Source of the DNA: Octopus sinensis
Lineage: Eukaryota
Direction: 5' to 3'
Assembly (NCBI RefSeq): GCF_006345805.1
Contig: NC_043001.1
Span: forward strand, 25,172,001 to 25,236,000
DNA: 64,000 nucleotides
Below, piece after piece: positions 22,651 to 35,657 of the stretch (position 1 is the stretch's first letter; every line of letters starts with the position of its first letter). The notes beneath the pieces were generated by a model that was not told the origin of the DNA, ran no database searches, and worked only from the letters and a program-made list of their open reading frames with translations. The position numbers and the translations under genes are program-made.

Positions 22651-23280
22651 TACTCTTTACTCTCTTTTATACTCTTTTACTTGTTTCAGTCATTTGACTG
22701 CGGCCATGCTGGAGCACCGCCTTTAGTCGACCAAATCGACCCCGGGACTTATTCTTTGTAAGCCCAGTACTTATTCTATCGGTCTCTTTTTGCCGAACCG
22801 CTAAGTGACGGGGACGTAAACACACCAGCATCGGTTGTCAAGCAATGCTAGGGGGACAAACACAGACACACACACACACATATACTCTTTTCTTTTTCTC
22901 TTTTACTTGTTTCAGTCATTTGACTGCGGCCATGCTGGAGCACCGCCTTTATTCAACCAAATCGACCCCGGGACTTATTCTTTGTAAGCCCAGTACTTAT
23001 TCTATCGGTCTCTTTTTGCCGAACCGCTAAGTGACGGGGACGTAAACACACCAGCATCGGTTGTCAAGCAATGCTAGGGGGACAAACACAGACATACAAA
23101 CATACATACATATACATATATATATATATACGACGGGCTTCTTTCAGTTTCCGTCTACCAGATCCACTCACAAGGCATTGGTCGGCCCGGGGCTATAGCA
23201 GAAGACACTTGCCCAAGATGCCACACAGTGGGACTGAACCCGGAACCATGTGGTTGGTTAGCAAGCTACTTACCACACAT
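22651..23280 (-). mobile_element. SINE family A with tandemly duplicated 3' half
   Basis: 22651-22882 repeats 22883-23100, and both share private variants. Confidence 0.9.
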
Positions 23281-23469
23281 AGCACACCAAATTAAATGCC
23301 TAATAATTTGAATGCATAACATGCATATTTTCAGAGACATATATGTTATTTCTGATGGGTATTCTTATACTCTTAGATCATTATTTTTGTTTGCTTTTCT
23401 TTAGTTTTGATCTGAAATATTTATTGAGTTGGCTTTAACTTTGAGAATTCTAAAATTATACATGAAATA

Positions 23470-23680
23470 GAGAAGGTGTGTGGCCTAGTGTTTAGAATGT
23501 TCCACTCACATTCTTGTGATCGTGGTTTCAATTCTCAGGCTGAGTGATCTTCTTTGTTTCCAATCCACTCAGCTGTAGTTGAGTAACTCTGCAATGAACA
23601 GGTGTCCCATCCAGGAAACAAGGTGACTGGCCCTTTGAAGCCTAGGTTTCAAAACCATAATGTCAAAGTATCTATGATGT
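23470..23680 (+). mobile_element. Diverged SINE family D
   Basis: gtgtggcctagtgtttag...ggtttcaattc...tccactcagctg matches the family D consensus. Confidence 0.65.
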
Positions 23681-23779
23681 AATATACTGTGATTGAGTCA
23701 ACAATATGATCTCCTTAAAACAGTTTTGCAGAGAATCAAAAGAAATTATTATTGTAATATGTGTTATTAAAATTTTAAT

Positions 23780-24000
23780 TTACGAAGCAATTGCCCCAGC
23801 TCCCCTTCAGGGTTGGCGAAAGCGATGTGGTGGACAACGAAAAACCTGGCTGATGACAGTCAAGGCTGATCTGGAATCCAACCTAGGCCCCCATATCTAC
23901 AGTGTTCATCACTAGAATGAGTGGTTGGAGATCACACAGTCGTTAGCCTCAATCCGCCAGATCTGGTTTGTGAGAGATGCAGCATTGAGGATGAATGAAG
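23780..24000 (+). mobile_element. RTE-clade LINE C-terminal fragment (second RTE lineage)
   Basis: GWRKRCGGQRKTWLMTVKADLESNLGP resembles the RTE GRPxxTW / GGQxxTW motif. Confidence 0.65.
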
Positions 24001-25263
24001 CCAGCTCCACCCACCCCAGGTGAATGCTGTCTCAAGACAAAGAAATTTTAATTTTTGGTAATAGATAGAACTCTTTAGATCTTCCACAGACAACCTCTTT
24101 AATGTTGTTGGCCTGAAGAAATGCACTCAGTTCACCTCATAAAATATTTTGTGTCAGGAAAGGCATCCAATTGTCTAAACCATCCTGCAGTAACAATGAT
24201 CAGAAGCAGTGTTGGGTCAATGTGGGGCTTGTTGGAGATGACTTCTCTAATGGAACAAATATGTTCAATTTCATTGGATCAAATATGTCCAATTTCAGAG
24301 ACAGAATGCCAAGAAGAGCAAAGCACTATGAGACTTGTACAACTCATGCCAGCATGGAAAAATGGGCATAAAATAAGGATGATCACTGGCATAAGCATAG
24401 TAATATTTTATAAAATATAAATTATAGATCATTGTCTTCACTTCTTCAGTGACCTTTTATATGCTGGTCACAGAATGTCAATAGGGGAAATTTCTCCAGC
24501 TGTTTGCTGAAATTAAATTGATCTACAGAAAATAAACTGACTTTATTTAGAACTTGCTAATGTTCCTTTATTAAAACAATATATTTAGTTGCCCAATTGT
24601 ATTGTAAACATCTTCCATATCAAGATAAATATTCATTTACTGAGAATTGATTCATCACAAACACTTAAGCATTTATTTAGTGTGAATGTAAAATATGATA
24701 AATTGAATTTTTGTTTGCAGCAGTGTTGGAAAGCATCTAATCTACAAATGATTTATGATTAAATTGGTTTTACTAGTAGCTGGCTTTTGTGTATATGTGG
24801 CATTTTATACACTTGTTAATTAATCTACTATTTACAATATTTAGCTTTGGCTAATTTCTGTTTCAAATATTGAAGTACATTCAGTCCTGTCGTAGGTTTG
24901 TTATTAGAATATTAATCTTGTAATGATACTTATCATCATCATCATTTAGATTTCCACTTCTTTTCCATGCTTGCAAGAGTTGGATGGAGTTTATTGAGGC
25001 AGATATTCTACTGCAGGATGCCCTTCCTGTTCCCACTTCTTACTCATTTGCAAACAAGGTAATATTTCCTAATGACCAAACAAAAGTGTTCCCAGAATAT
25101 TGGAAATTAATGACATTCATTTACAAGCACACACACACAGATATTACAGTGTGTTTATTTCAGTTTACATCCACAAAATCCACTCAGAAGGCTTTGGTCA
25201 GCCTTGGACTAAAACAGAAGACTCAAGGTGCTGCACTGTGGGACTGAACTCCAGACCACATGA

Positions 25264-25496
25264 TTAACCCTTTTGAGACCAACTTGGCTGAAACTGGCTC
25301 TGGCTCTGTAATACAAATAATGTCTTGTTTTCGTAAGTTTTGAATTAAAATCTTCCACCAAATCTTAGTCACAATTTATGTTCCTAACATTAGCTTAATG
25401 ATAACTAAGTTATTTTACTAAATTCTTAGTTATATTTAAAATTGATTGAAAGAAACACAGAGTATCTCAAAATAAATACAGTAATGAAAGGGTTAA
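25264..25496 (+). mobile_element. piggyBac-type MITE (TTAA-CCCTTT...AAAGGG-TTAA)
   Basis: TTAA at 25264-25267 and 25493-25496. Copies at 35658 and 54772. Confidence 0.92.
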
Positions 25497-26385
25497 GAAG
25501 CAGGCTTCTCAACCACACACCCATATAACGACCTGCTAATAGCCTATCAATTTATTTGTTATATTTCCATGAACTTAGATCCTGGATGAAAATTATGCTT
25601 TCATTTTAGCCTTGGTAAAATACCTGTTTGGACCTTTTTCAGTAAAGGAATTTTTAACTCAGACTTAATGGAGTTTTCCAACAAATCAATTTTTACATTT
25701 CTAGCATTGTTATAATTTTCCAGACAATTCAATGTAATATTCTGCCAAATAGCTTCTTTGCATTTATGAAAATTTAATATAGTAAACTTTACATTTATAT
25801 ACAAGAGGTGTCTGAAATTTAACTAACATGGTCACTTATTTTGAGTTACCAGCTTAAAATTTCATCTATGATTGATTTGAGATAAATGTTATGCATACTT
25901 CTTATCAGTTGAAGTATCTAATTTTGTATTTACATGAAAAGAAAATCTAAATTTAGTAAAAGGTAGCTTGAATCTATAAATTTACTTAAATGTAAAGAGG
26001 AGTATTTAATATATGATATTTAAAGTGAATTCTGCTGAGTCTGTTAGTTAATGTTCAGATAGGTTTTCCAAAGAAGTCACATTTAGCACTATCTTAACTC
26101 TGATGATCTAACAAAAATTGGTGTATTTAGTGCCAAGTACTATAGCTACAACATATAGACAGTTGCTGTTTATAAGCTATACATATATGTTTTATTTTTA
26201 TTAGCTTAATTTTAACAAATAAGGCAGTGCTCCAGCATGGCCACAATCAAATGACTGAAACAAGTAAAAGAATAAAACCATAAATTATGTGCCTTTATTG
26301 TATTGTGTAAATTAATTATGGTTTCTTTAATGATTCTAAATAGTTTCATTTCATTTTGGTTGATTTCAAATATTGCCAGAGCAAC

Positions 26386-26762
26386 AAGCTGGCCTTCGTG
26401 CCAATGACACGTTAAACACACCATTCGAGCGTGATTGTTACCGTGTCGCCTTACTAGCACTTGTGCTGGTGGCATGTGAAACATTCGAGCGAGGTTGTCG
26501 CCAGTGCTGCTGGACTGGCTCCTGTGCAGGTGGCACATAAAAAGCACAATTTGGGCGTGATGTTGCCAGTTCCCACCAAACTGGCTCTCGTGCCGGTGGC
26601 ATGTAAAAGCACCCACTACACTCTGAGTGGTTGGCGTTAGGAAGAGCATCCAGCTGTAGAAACTCTGCCAGATCAGATTGGAGTCTGGTTCACCAGACCT
26701 CAATCAAATCTTCCAACCCATGCTAGCATGGAAAGCAGACGTTAAATGATGATGATGATGAT
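26386..26762 (+). mobile_element. Family B RTE 3' UTR copy (deletion subtype)
   Basis: Three units, terminus, (gat)n. Confidence 0.9.
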
Positions 26763-26985
26763 GAGCGTGGCCATAGCCAGTACCACCTGACTGGCCCTCG
26801 TGCCGGTGGCACATAAAAGCACCCACTACACTCTCGAAGTGGTTGGTGTTAGGAAGGGCATCCAGCTGTAGAAACTCTGCCAGATCAGATTCAAGTCTGG
26901 TGCAGCCATCTGGTCCACCAGTCCTCAGTCAAATCGTCCAACCCATGCTAGCATGGAAAGCGGACGTTAAACGATGATGATGATG
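26763..26985 (+). mobile_element. Family B RTE 3' UTR copy abutting the previous tail
   Basis: Starts immediately after the (gat)n of the previous copy. Confidence 0.9.
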
Positions 26986-28254
26986 ACAGCTGTAGCATTG
27001 TTGCAAGCTCTTGTCATCCTAGCTAATTTGTCATAAGTTTAGATGCCTTCATTTCTTTTTTACCTGTTTGAGTATGTTAAAAATTGTGTTTCTCTGGAAG
27101 TTTTCAGATTTCTTAATGTTGTCTTTACCTAAGGTTTAATGAAACAAGCATTAGAAATATAGACATAAAGTTATGAATCAACTAAATAAAGAGAAATGGA
27201 GAGAAAAAAGAACAAATTATTGGACAAATTAGGTAATGAATCAGAACCAGGTGATTGCTTGATATTTGAGATAGAATATATTTTGGGTTTGTATTGAGAT
27301 ATAGAAAAATAGGAATCTTATGTGTGGTCTTATGTTTAAAAAGTTCACTTCAGAATTATGTGATTCTTAGTTCAATCTCATTACATCACTCTTTGACCAA
27401 ATGTCTTCTCTCGTAACTTTGAGTGAAATTGAATTGGTGGAAACTGTGCTGAAGCCAATTAGTTGGACTGTACTTGTTCTTGGTTTACATACTTGCTTTG
27501 TTATGCAACTGAGTACCAACACCTAGCTCATGCATGTCTTTACTAGAACTCACTCTGTTGCTAGCATTTGGATCAAGGTAACCTGATACCTTGGATCAAA
27601 TTTTAATCTGAGGGTAACCTGATAATTTCTCTACCTTTACCCACTTATCTCAGAGGACCTGAAAAGAGTCAAAGAACTGTCCATTCTCCTCATGATTAAA
27701 CCCCCCCCCCCAAAAAAAAATAATTCTAATCACTTGACAAAGAAACAGCTTCTACCTTACATTTTAACAATCAGGAAGATGATTCTCTTCTTAATTTAAG
27801 ATGACTATGATCAAAGAGATTTTGCTTTTTCTCTTATATAGGAAATATTCACCCCCCCCCTTTTTTTTTTAGGGAATTGTAAGTTGCTCGGATAGAGCTA
27901 AGTCTTTTGGGGACTGGTTTTGGAAATAATGTTTGCTGAGTAAATTGTAACTTACATCTTGAAGGATTATTAGGAGTGATTCATGAGAAGCTGTGTAACC
28001 CCAGGTCAAAGTTAGTATGTCGTGTGGTTCTTTTGAAATAAAGCTTGCACTTTATACATTCAAATGTTGCTGAACTACCAAGTTACCATTAGAAAACGGA
28101 TATTGACAATTCTTTTTTATAGAAATAGTTGACTAATACCAAGTTTAAAAGTGCATTTAGTAGGTAGAAACTGAAAAAAGTCCATTGTATTCTTTTATTC
28201 TTTCATGTGGCTGCCATCATGCACCACCGTAGTGTATATATACATATTTAATAT

Positions 28255-28759
28255 GTACCTTATCAGTTGTTTAGTTAAGATTATGGTTAAGAAATACCTA
28301 CAATCTCTGCTTTAACTTCTAATAATCTGCTTGTGAAATATCTAATACATGCATGAGTCATTCACCAGTTCTGGCAATCGTCTTTCCTATTTGTTTATAT
28401 GGATTGAATTTTCAGTTTTGCTCTAAGAAGTGTTATTCTCAAAGAGAGTAGTAATAACATTGTATTATTCTCAAAGAGAGTGGTAATAATACTTTCTTCT
28501 CAAAATTCTAAGCCATTTTATCTCTGAGCAGCTCCCACAAAACTTTGATCTGCAGGTCTTGTGGGATCTGCTTTTGGTTTGTTTTTTTTTGTGGAATGGT
28601 GTTGTTCTCTTGATCTATAGCAGTGCTCCGTGACTTTTTTTTCACTTGCAATACACTTATAATCTTTTCAAGATCTTGCAGCACACCTAGTATCATCTTG
28701 TGGCACACCAGTGTACTGTGCCATACTTATTGCAGAGCCCTGATCTATATTATTGTCAG
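28255..28759 (+). repeat. About 0.5-kb dispersed direct duplication, copy 1 (copy 2 at 31698-32176)
   Basis: Both run from gtaccttatcagttgtttag to ccctgatctatattattgtcag. Copy 1 has an extra 31-bp internal duplication near 28433-28492. Confidence 0.95.
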
Positions 28760-28987
28760 GAAAGCTTTATGATATCAGCTGGATTTACCAGGAAAATAGA
28801 AAGTTTTATTTTTTATAGGAATTAAACATTTGTGAAGATTGTGAAGGAAAAGAGTCAAAGATATGACAGATTTGGGGAAAAGTAAGATTGACTGGGTGTC
28901 ATGAGTATTGATCAAGTTGAAGCTTCATCATCATACAATCTCAAGACAAAGAAACACACACACACGCACGAGCATGCATGTATATGC

Positions 28988-29400
28988 ATGATGATGGCCG
29001 TCCACTTGTGACCGAGGAAGACCATTGCCAACCTTCAGGAACATAATGCGCTCTAGGACTAACTTATATTTTGCATTTGCGGCTCCGTTGGTGGCTAATT
29101 AGCCCTGCTCTTGACAAGCATACACGACTGCAAACATTGCAGACCAAGCTTTCCCCATTCACTATACGAGCCGTGCGCTTTCGCGCAGCTCGCTTAAGTT
29201 CTTCATGCTGGATACGTGTTCTCTCAAAAGTGTCGATCCCCTTCTTAACTTGCTTCCTCCATCTGTGGCGATGACAGGCATTGTTCTCCCCGTCAGCGTC
29301 CTGCATATCACAGGCCTTTAATGAGGACTTGACACAGTCCTTAAATCGCAGCCTTGGTTTCTGCCGGAGTCTCCTTCCATTCACAAGTTCTCTATATGCA
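28988..29400 (-). mobile_element. RTE/BovB-type LINE 3' fragment
   Basis: YRELVNGRRLRQKPRLRFKDCVKSSLK...WRKQVKKG...CNVCSRVCLSRAGLISHQR is typical of an RTE ORF2 C-terminus. Confidence 0.88.
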
Positions 29401-30155
29401 TGATACATACATACATACATACATACATACAAACAAACAGAGAAAGAAATCAACCAACCGACTTGTTCATTGATGGGTTAGAAATTTATATTTCACTCTT
29501 GGTGTTGGGTACTCTGAGTAAAGCTTTGAAGTTTACTCTCTTTTATATATCATCTGAGAGAGCAGTTAAAAAAAAAAGAATCAAAATGACAGCTTGAGGA
29601 TGAAGCGCTAAACTAACTAGAATCAAATTTGTAGTTTGTTGGTTTATAGCACCCAGATCAATTCAGTTTTCTCGTCTGATTAGCATGATTTAATAAATCC
29701 TATTTTATAGTCTACTTAACTTACCCAGTGTCGCCCTATCTATCATGTAAATAGTTATGGTTCACATTGTCGTTGAAGCTTTCAGTGTAAAACTTTTTTT
29801 TTATGTTAAATTTACCTTGATCTAATGTATCATTTTCGGTTTTTTTTTTTAATGATAACCAGTTTTCACACTTCGTATTTGCACATATCACCATCAGCAT
29901 CATTTAACATCCACTTTTCCATGCTTGTATGGGTTGGACAGAATTTGTTGATGTAGATTTTCTACGGCTAGATGTCTTTCCTGTAGCCATCCTCACATGT
30001 TTCCTAGTAAGATTATGTTTTCCCAGAGCTAAGCATAGTTTTCCCATGAAAGACTGAAACCAAATGACCTTGCTTGTATGGTGATGATGCACATTTACAA
30101 CCATCACATGATATCAAGACAAGGTACACACACACACATACACTTCCGTATATTC

Positions 30156-30505
30156 ATCATCATCATCATCGTTTAGCGTCCGCTTTCCATGCTGGCATGG
30201 GTTGGACGTGCAACTGGGGTCAGGGGAGCCAGAAGGTTGCACCAGGCCCAGTCTGATCTGGCAATGTTTCTACAGCTGGATGCCCTTCCTAATGCCAACC
30301 ACTCTGTGAGTGTAGTGAGTGCTTTTTATGTGCCAGATGAGGCTGGCAAACGGCCACGATCGGATGGTGCTTTTTATGTGCCACCGGCACGGAAGCCAGA
30401 CGGGGCGGCACTAGCAACAGCCACGTTCGGATGGTTCTCTTATGTGCCACCGGCACTGGTATCACAGCTACTATTTCCATTGATGTTGATCGATTTTGAT
30501 GGTGA
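30156..30505 (-). mobile_element. Family B RTE 3' UTR copy
   Basis: (cat)n tail and conserved terminus. Confidence 0.9.
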
Positions 30506-30754
30506 TGCATGATGGCAGCCGCACGGCTGAAGCAAATGCAAGAATAAAAGAATACAATGGACTTTTTTCAGTTTCTAGCTACTAAATCCACTCATGAAGC
30601 TTTGATCAGACCATGACTATTTTAGAAGACTCTTGCTCAAAATACCATACACTGGGATTGAACACAAGACTACATCGTTGGGAAATAGGTTTCTTAATCA
30701 CACGATCGTACCTACTTTAAGCTTCTGAGGTTACTTTTTTGTTTTTGTTATTTG

Positions 30755-31172
30755 GGATCTTTTCAGTTTGACCGGCAGTTTTTTAAAATAATTTCCACGT
30801 AACTAAACACTTTTAAACTTCGTATACTGGTAGAATGTGTTTATAAAACATCTTTTTCTCTTGGCTTTAATTGTGAAAATTCTATTGTTTGTAAGATATT
30901 TGTTGTTGTTTTTTCTTCAATTTCTGCAATTTCAACCAATCAATGACGTCTATTGAGGTGAAAACATTCTGTGCCATATGAATATGTCCCTCGTTTAAGA
31001 AACAGATTGGGTTTATTTACATTTGTGAAGAAAAAAGATACCCTTCCCCCCACCCCTAACCCTAACTCTAACACAGATTGAAATGCAATAGATTGATACT
31101 AGGCTCATAATTATGGGTGACAATTTCATATGACACCGCTAGAAAAAACTGCCGTTCAAACCGAAAAGATCC
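30755..31172 (-). mobile_element. GGATC-TIR MITE, opposite orientation
   Basis: Exact 8-bp TSD gttatttg (30747-30754 and 31173-31180). Internal ccctaaccctaactctaac. Confidence 0.93.
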
Positions 31173-31697
31173 GTTATTTGTTTTCCCAGTTTATATTCAG
31201 CTGATTTCAACATCTTAGTTCTGATGATGATTTTGTTGTTTCCAAGCTTGGTTTGTCATGTTCTCTATCTTTTTTGTCACCATAATGTTGCATACAAAAT
31301 AACCTTGGTAGAAGAAAGTGTTAGAGAAAACAAATCTTTAGAGACTAGCATTCATGAGAAGAATTTGATTGTTAAATTTGTCACATATGCAATTAGTAAG
31401 ATTGCGTGTGTATTGGTTTATAAATATATTTGATTAGTCATTGTATTAAAAGTAACACTATTTCAAATCATTTCACATAGGAATTATCTCTACAGACTGG
31501 TATAGTAAGGTGTGTAATTTATAATTTATACTTTATTTCCTTTGTGATAAATATTGACTTTTTTTTTTATGAAAAGGACTAATTAGATTTTACTGTTAAG
31601 AAGACATAATCTTCTCTGCTTCCCAGTAATCAGTTTTCTTTCTGCCTTTCTATCATTCAGTTTATGTGAACCTCACTACTTGACCCAACTCTTGCAG

Positions 31698-32176
31698 GTA
31701 CCTTATCAGTTGTTTAGTTAAGATTATGGTTAAGAAATACCTACAATCTCTGCTTTAACTTCTAATAATCTGCTTGTGAAATATCTAATACATGCATGAG
31801 TCATTCACCAGTTCTGGCAATCGTCTTTCCTATTTGTTTATATGGATTGAATTTTCAGTTTTGCTCTAAGAAGTATTATTCTCAAAGAGAGTGGTAATAA
31901 CGCTTTCTTCTCAAAATTCTAAGCCATTTTATCTCTGAGCAGCTCCCACAAAACTTTGATCTGCAAGTCTTGTGGGATCTGCTTTTGGCTTTTTTTTTTT
32001 TTTTTTTGTGGAATGGTGGTGTTCTCTTGATCTATAGCCGTGCTCTGTGACTTTTTTTTCACTTGCAATACACTTATAATCTTTTCAAGATCTTGCAGCA
32101 CACCTAGTATCATCTTGTGGCACACCAGTGTGCTGTGCCATACTTGTTGCAGAGCCCTGATCTATATTATTGTCAG
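31698..32176 (+). repeat. About 0.5-kb dispersed direct duplication, copy 2
   Basis: See 28255-28759. Confidence 0.95.
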
Positions 32177-32793
32177 CACTATGTAATTCTTAACATTCTA
32201 CTGAAAATTTTCTAAGTGAAAAACCCAGTCCTGTAATGATCCCATTTTTAGAACAAGAATAAAAATGTTAAAGAAAGGTATTAGAGTTTCCTCCTTTACA
32301 CTAGAGGGTTTCTCACTTCCTTCAAAATGAGTGTAAATAAGGTTAGTACATGCATTTCACAACTGGCTGATTGATGCAGCCATGTGTGACAGAGGAAGTT
32401 AAGAGATGAAGTACTGCATAAAAAAAAAAACAATAATGAAATTACTTGTTTCACAAATATTTTATGCATAAACAAATTTCAATATCTTGCTCTTGTACAT
32501 GCTTTCCAGGAATCCATTAACTCCTGAACTTACTGTGTTTACTAACTCATTCCCATATGTAAAATAATACTCAGTAATCATTATCTAATACCTACAGCAA
32601 GAAGTTTATATAGAAACAATAGATATTATATTACAGGCCACTTTTGCATGTAATTAAAGTCTGGCCTCTAGAGCCTAAGCTCATCCTTTTCTACTCTTTC
32701 TTTCTATTACTCAGTGAGACCACCACAAGATCTTGAAATCCTCCTTTATGCTATTGTTTATTTGTTGATGGTTCATAAACTTTTTAGATTTAA

Positions 32794-33192
32794 CTAGCAG
32801 TATCACCCGGTTTTGCTCGGGTTTGTAAGGGAAATAACTATATAAGCATTTTTAGAGAGTTATAGCCAAAAAATAGCAAAAAAAATGCATTAAAAATGGG
32901 AAAAAATGATGGTAATTTTCTTTTTAAATCGTTGACTCATCGTAGACATTTTTAGAGAACTACTTCCCTTATATAATAGCGAAAAAATGCATTAAAATGG
33001 AAAAAAATGATGGTAAATTTTTTTTTTAAATCGTAGACTCATCATAGACGCGCGTTAATACCCAGAAGGGCTCGATATGAATCACGACTATAAGATACCC
33101 GGTTTTGGTTAAACTGCACCGCAAAATGTGGGAGTAGTTAGGAATCTAAATTATAGGAGACAGACACACAACCTCTCGTTTATATATAAAGA
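32794..33192 (-). mobile_element. Non-autonomous Helitron
   Basis: Minus strand begins A|TC (33192) and ends with hairpin CCCGAGCAAAACCGGG followed by CTAG|T (32794). No TSD. Internal tandem duplication of about 100 bp. Confidence 0.85.
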
Positions 33193-34224
33193 TTAATTAG
33201 TGACAAGAATATCTTAACATTTGCTCTTTTTGCTGGAAACTGAAAATACTGGCCTGGCCATATATCTAATATATTTACATCAATCCACTTCTAGTATCTC
33301 TATTTCTGGTTACAGTGATAGAAATAATAGGAAAAAAAAAAAAACAGACGAAAGTTAAAACACACAGGAATATTTTCAGTCTTGTTTCTTTACAGTACAT
33401 TTTTAAGTTTATGGTACATATGTCTTATCTTGTTTTTATATATTATTACTTTTAATTTTCTTACTATCCTGATTTATTCCCTTTTACTATATGTGTTATT
33501 TTTAGTCATTACACAAATACATTGTCTAATGTAATGCATTTTACATTTTATGAGAAGCCATGTTGTTGATCAATTACTGAATTCTATGTGTGAGTGTGTG
33601 TTTTCCTAGGTTCAATAAAACAGCATGGCTTCAACTGATATTGAATCGGCCTTCATTCCTGTAATCTATTTATATTTTAAATAAGTTGTCAAATTCATAT
33701 CTAAACTCCATTTATTTCATCCAACTGGAGCACAAGAACAGGTTTTTTTCCCACAATGAATGAATTTGGCATGCTCTCTAGTTTTTTGAGAATTGCATAA
33801 TAATTACATTGTGTGTATGTGGTTCTGATGTTGATGATGATAGTTAGTTTGTTTTTGTTTTAGGCACTTGGCCAACTGTTGAAGCGGTGAAGTATACAGT
33901 CAGTTGAGTCCCAGATTTAGTATATAACTGGTACTTCTATTTACTCTATAGATTGCCATGGTGATGAAAAGCATTTAACTCTAGCAGAATTTGAACTTAG
34001 AACATAGAGGGCTGAGCCAAGTTTTCCTAAGTTCAGTAAAACGGCTACCTTGACCTAATATTAAAGTTATTTTTGTAGGCTGAGAAGACATATGGCTCTA
34101 TGGATTATTGCTGAGCTAGCACCCATATTTAGTGTGATATTTAATGTCTAATTAATCTGCTCAAAACTTTTCTATACCAATAATAAAGATTTACTGCTTT
34201 GAAGTGGTTTTTGTCAAACAATTT

Positions 34225-34365
34225 GACACAGGACTTATTTTTAAGCCTAGTACCTATTCTACCAGTCTCTTTGCTGAACTGCTAAGTTATGGGGATGTAA
34301 ACACACCAACACCTGTTGTCAAGTGATGATGAGTGGACAGACACAAAGACACACACACACACACA

Positions 34366-34411
<46 letters not shown>

Positions 34412-34570
34412 CAACAGGCTTCTTTCAGTTTCCATCTACCAAATCCACTTACAAGGCTTTGTTTAGTCTGAGGTTATATTAGAAGACATTTGCCCAAGGT
34501 ACCATGCAGTGGGACTGAACCTGGAACCATGTTGTTGCGAAGCAAGCTTCTTACCACACAGCCACCACAT
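34225..34570 (-). mobile_element. SINE family A
   Basis: Family A sequence with expanded (TA)n. Confidence 0.88.
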
Positions 34571-35657
34571 TTTTGTTTTTTTATTATTTTTATTAACATT
34601 GATATAAAAAGAAAAGCATTATGAAACATATCTAATTAATTTTAATATATCTTTATATTGAGTAGATCATTGTGTTTCACAAACAAAATGTTCTTATGAT
34701 ATATATTACATTAATCAATTTTCACAATTTTGCATCATAAAACATTGCAGTAAATTTGACCCCATAATAGCCTTCCTTGGGAAGTTAAAGAAAAAATTTC
34801 TTTAAAATATATTCATTTGCTTGTGAGCATTTAGTAGATTTTATTTGACATGGCTGAAATTCCATATGTCTTTCATCTGTAAACTATCCGTTTTGAACAT
34901 TGCTTTTTTACTGAATATATTGAACCTTATAATCATTCTGTGGAAAGATATTTTTTACAAGAAGTATCAGTGATATGTAAATTGTGAGAAACTAAGTAGT
35001 ATTAGTTACAAATTAGGTCACAGTATGCTTTTATGAAGAATTGGTTGTCATAACCGTTAATAAAATGTCTCATAAAAACTAAACAAACTTTATATGATAG
35101 TGTAGACAAAACAGCTCGTAAATTTGTTAAAAGTTTATAATTATCTTTTAAATTGGCAACAGATGTTGGGTTAGGATTTTTTTTTGTTTTTTTTTATTGT
35201 CTCATTCATGTTCCTCTGATTTTTCTTTTTTTCTCCCCCATAATTTCACTGCCAATGAAGATATACTTATGCAGCTATTATTTAGTAAAAATAATAATAG
35301 ACCCAAGTGCTTTCGGCTCTTCCTCTAAACTACTGGGTTATTAAAATTAAGAACTATTTTTCTTGGTGACAGTTAAGAAAGAAAAAGGCTAAGAAATTTC
35401 GCTTGTTTTTAGAGCCTGGCTGTGTTGACATTCTGTTAGTATACTTAATGCTCTATGCATAGGTCTGCTGTTAATTAACTTCCCAGTATTAAAATGTGAT
35501 TATGTACTGCAATTATATGTCAAGATATGCTTCACTCTGGATCTGAAATTGACAGGCACACTTCACACTATTCTTCATCAAATACTACTTTATGCCTTTC
35601 TCTTATTAATACATATGTTTCTATTAAGGCTATGATGAGCATCATCATCATCATCGT

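Noticed and set aside
28508-28708. Twin 66/68-aa ORFs (also 31919-32125)
   Set aside because: They recur only because the DNA is duplicated. The Lys runs come from T tracts of differing length.
33864-33910. Candidate exon 2 after gtttttgttttag (GTWPTVEAVKYT)
   Set aside because: In phase, but no convincing donor before the stop.
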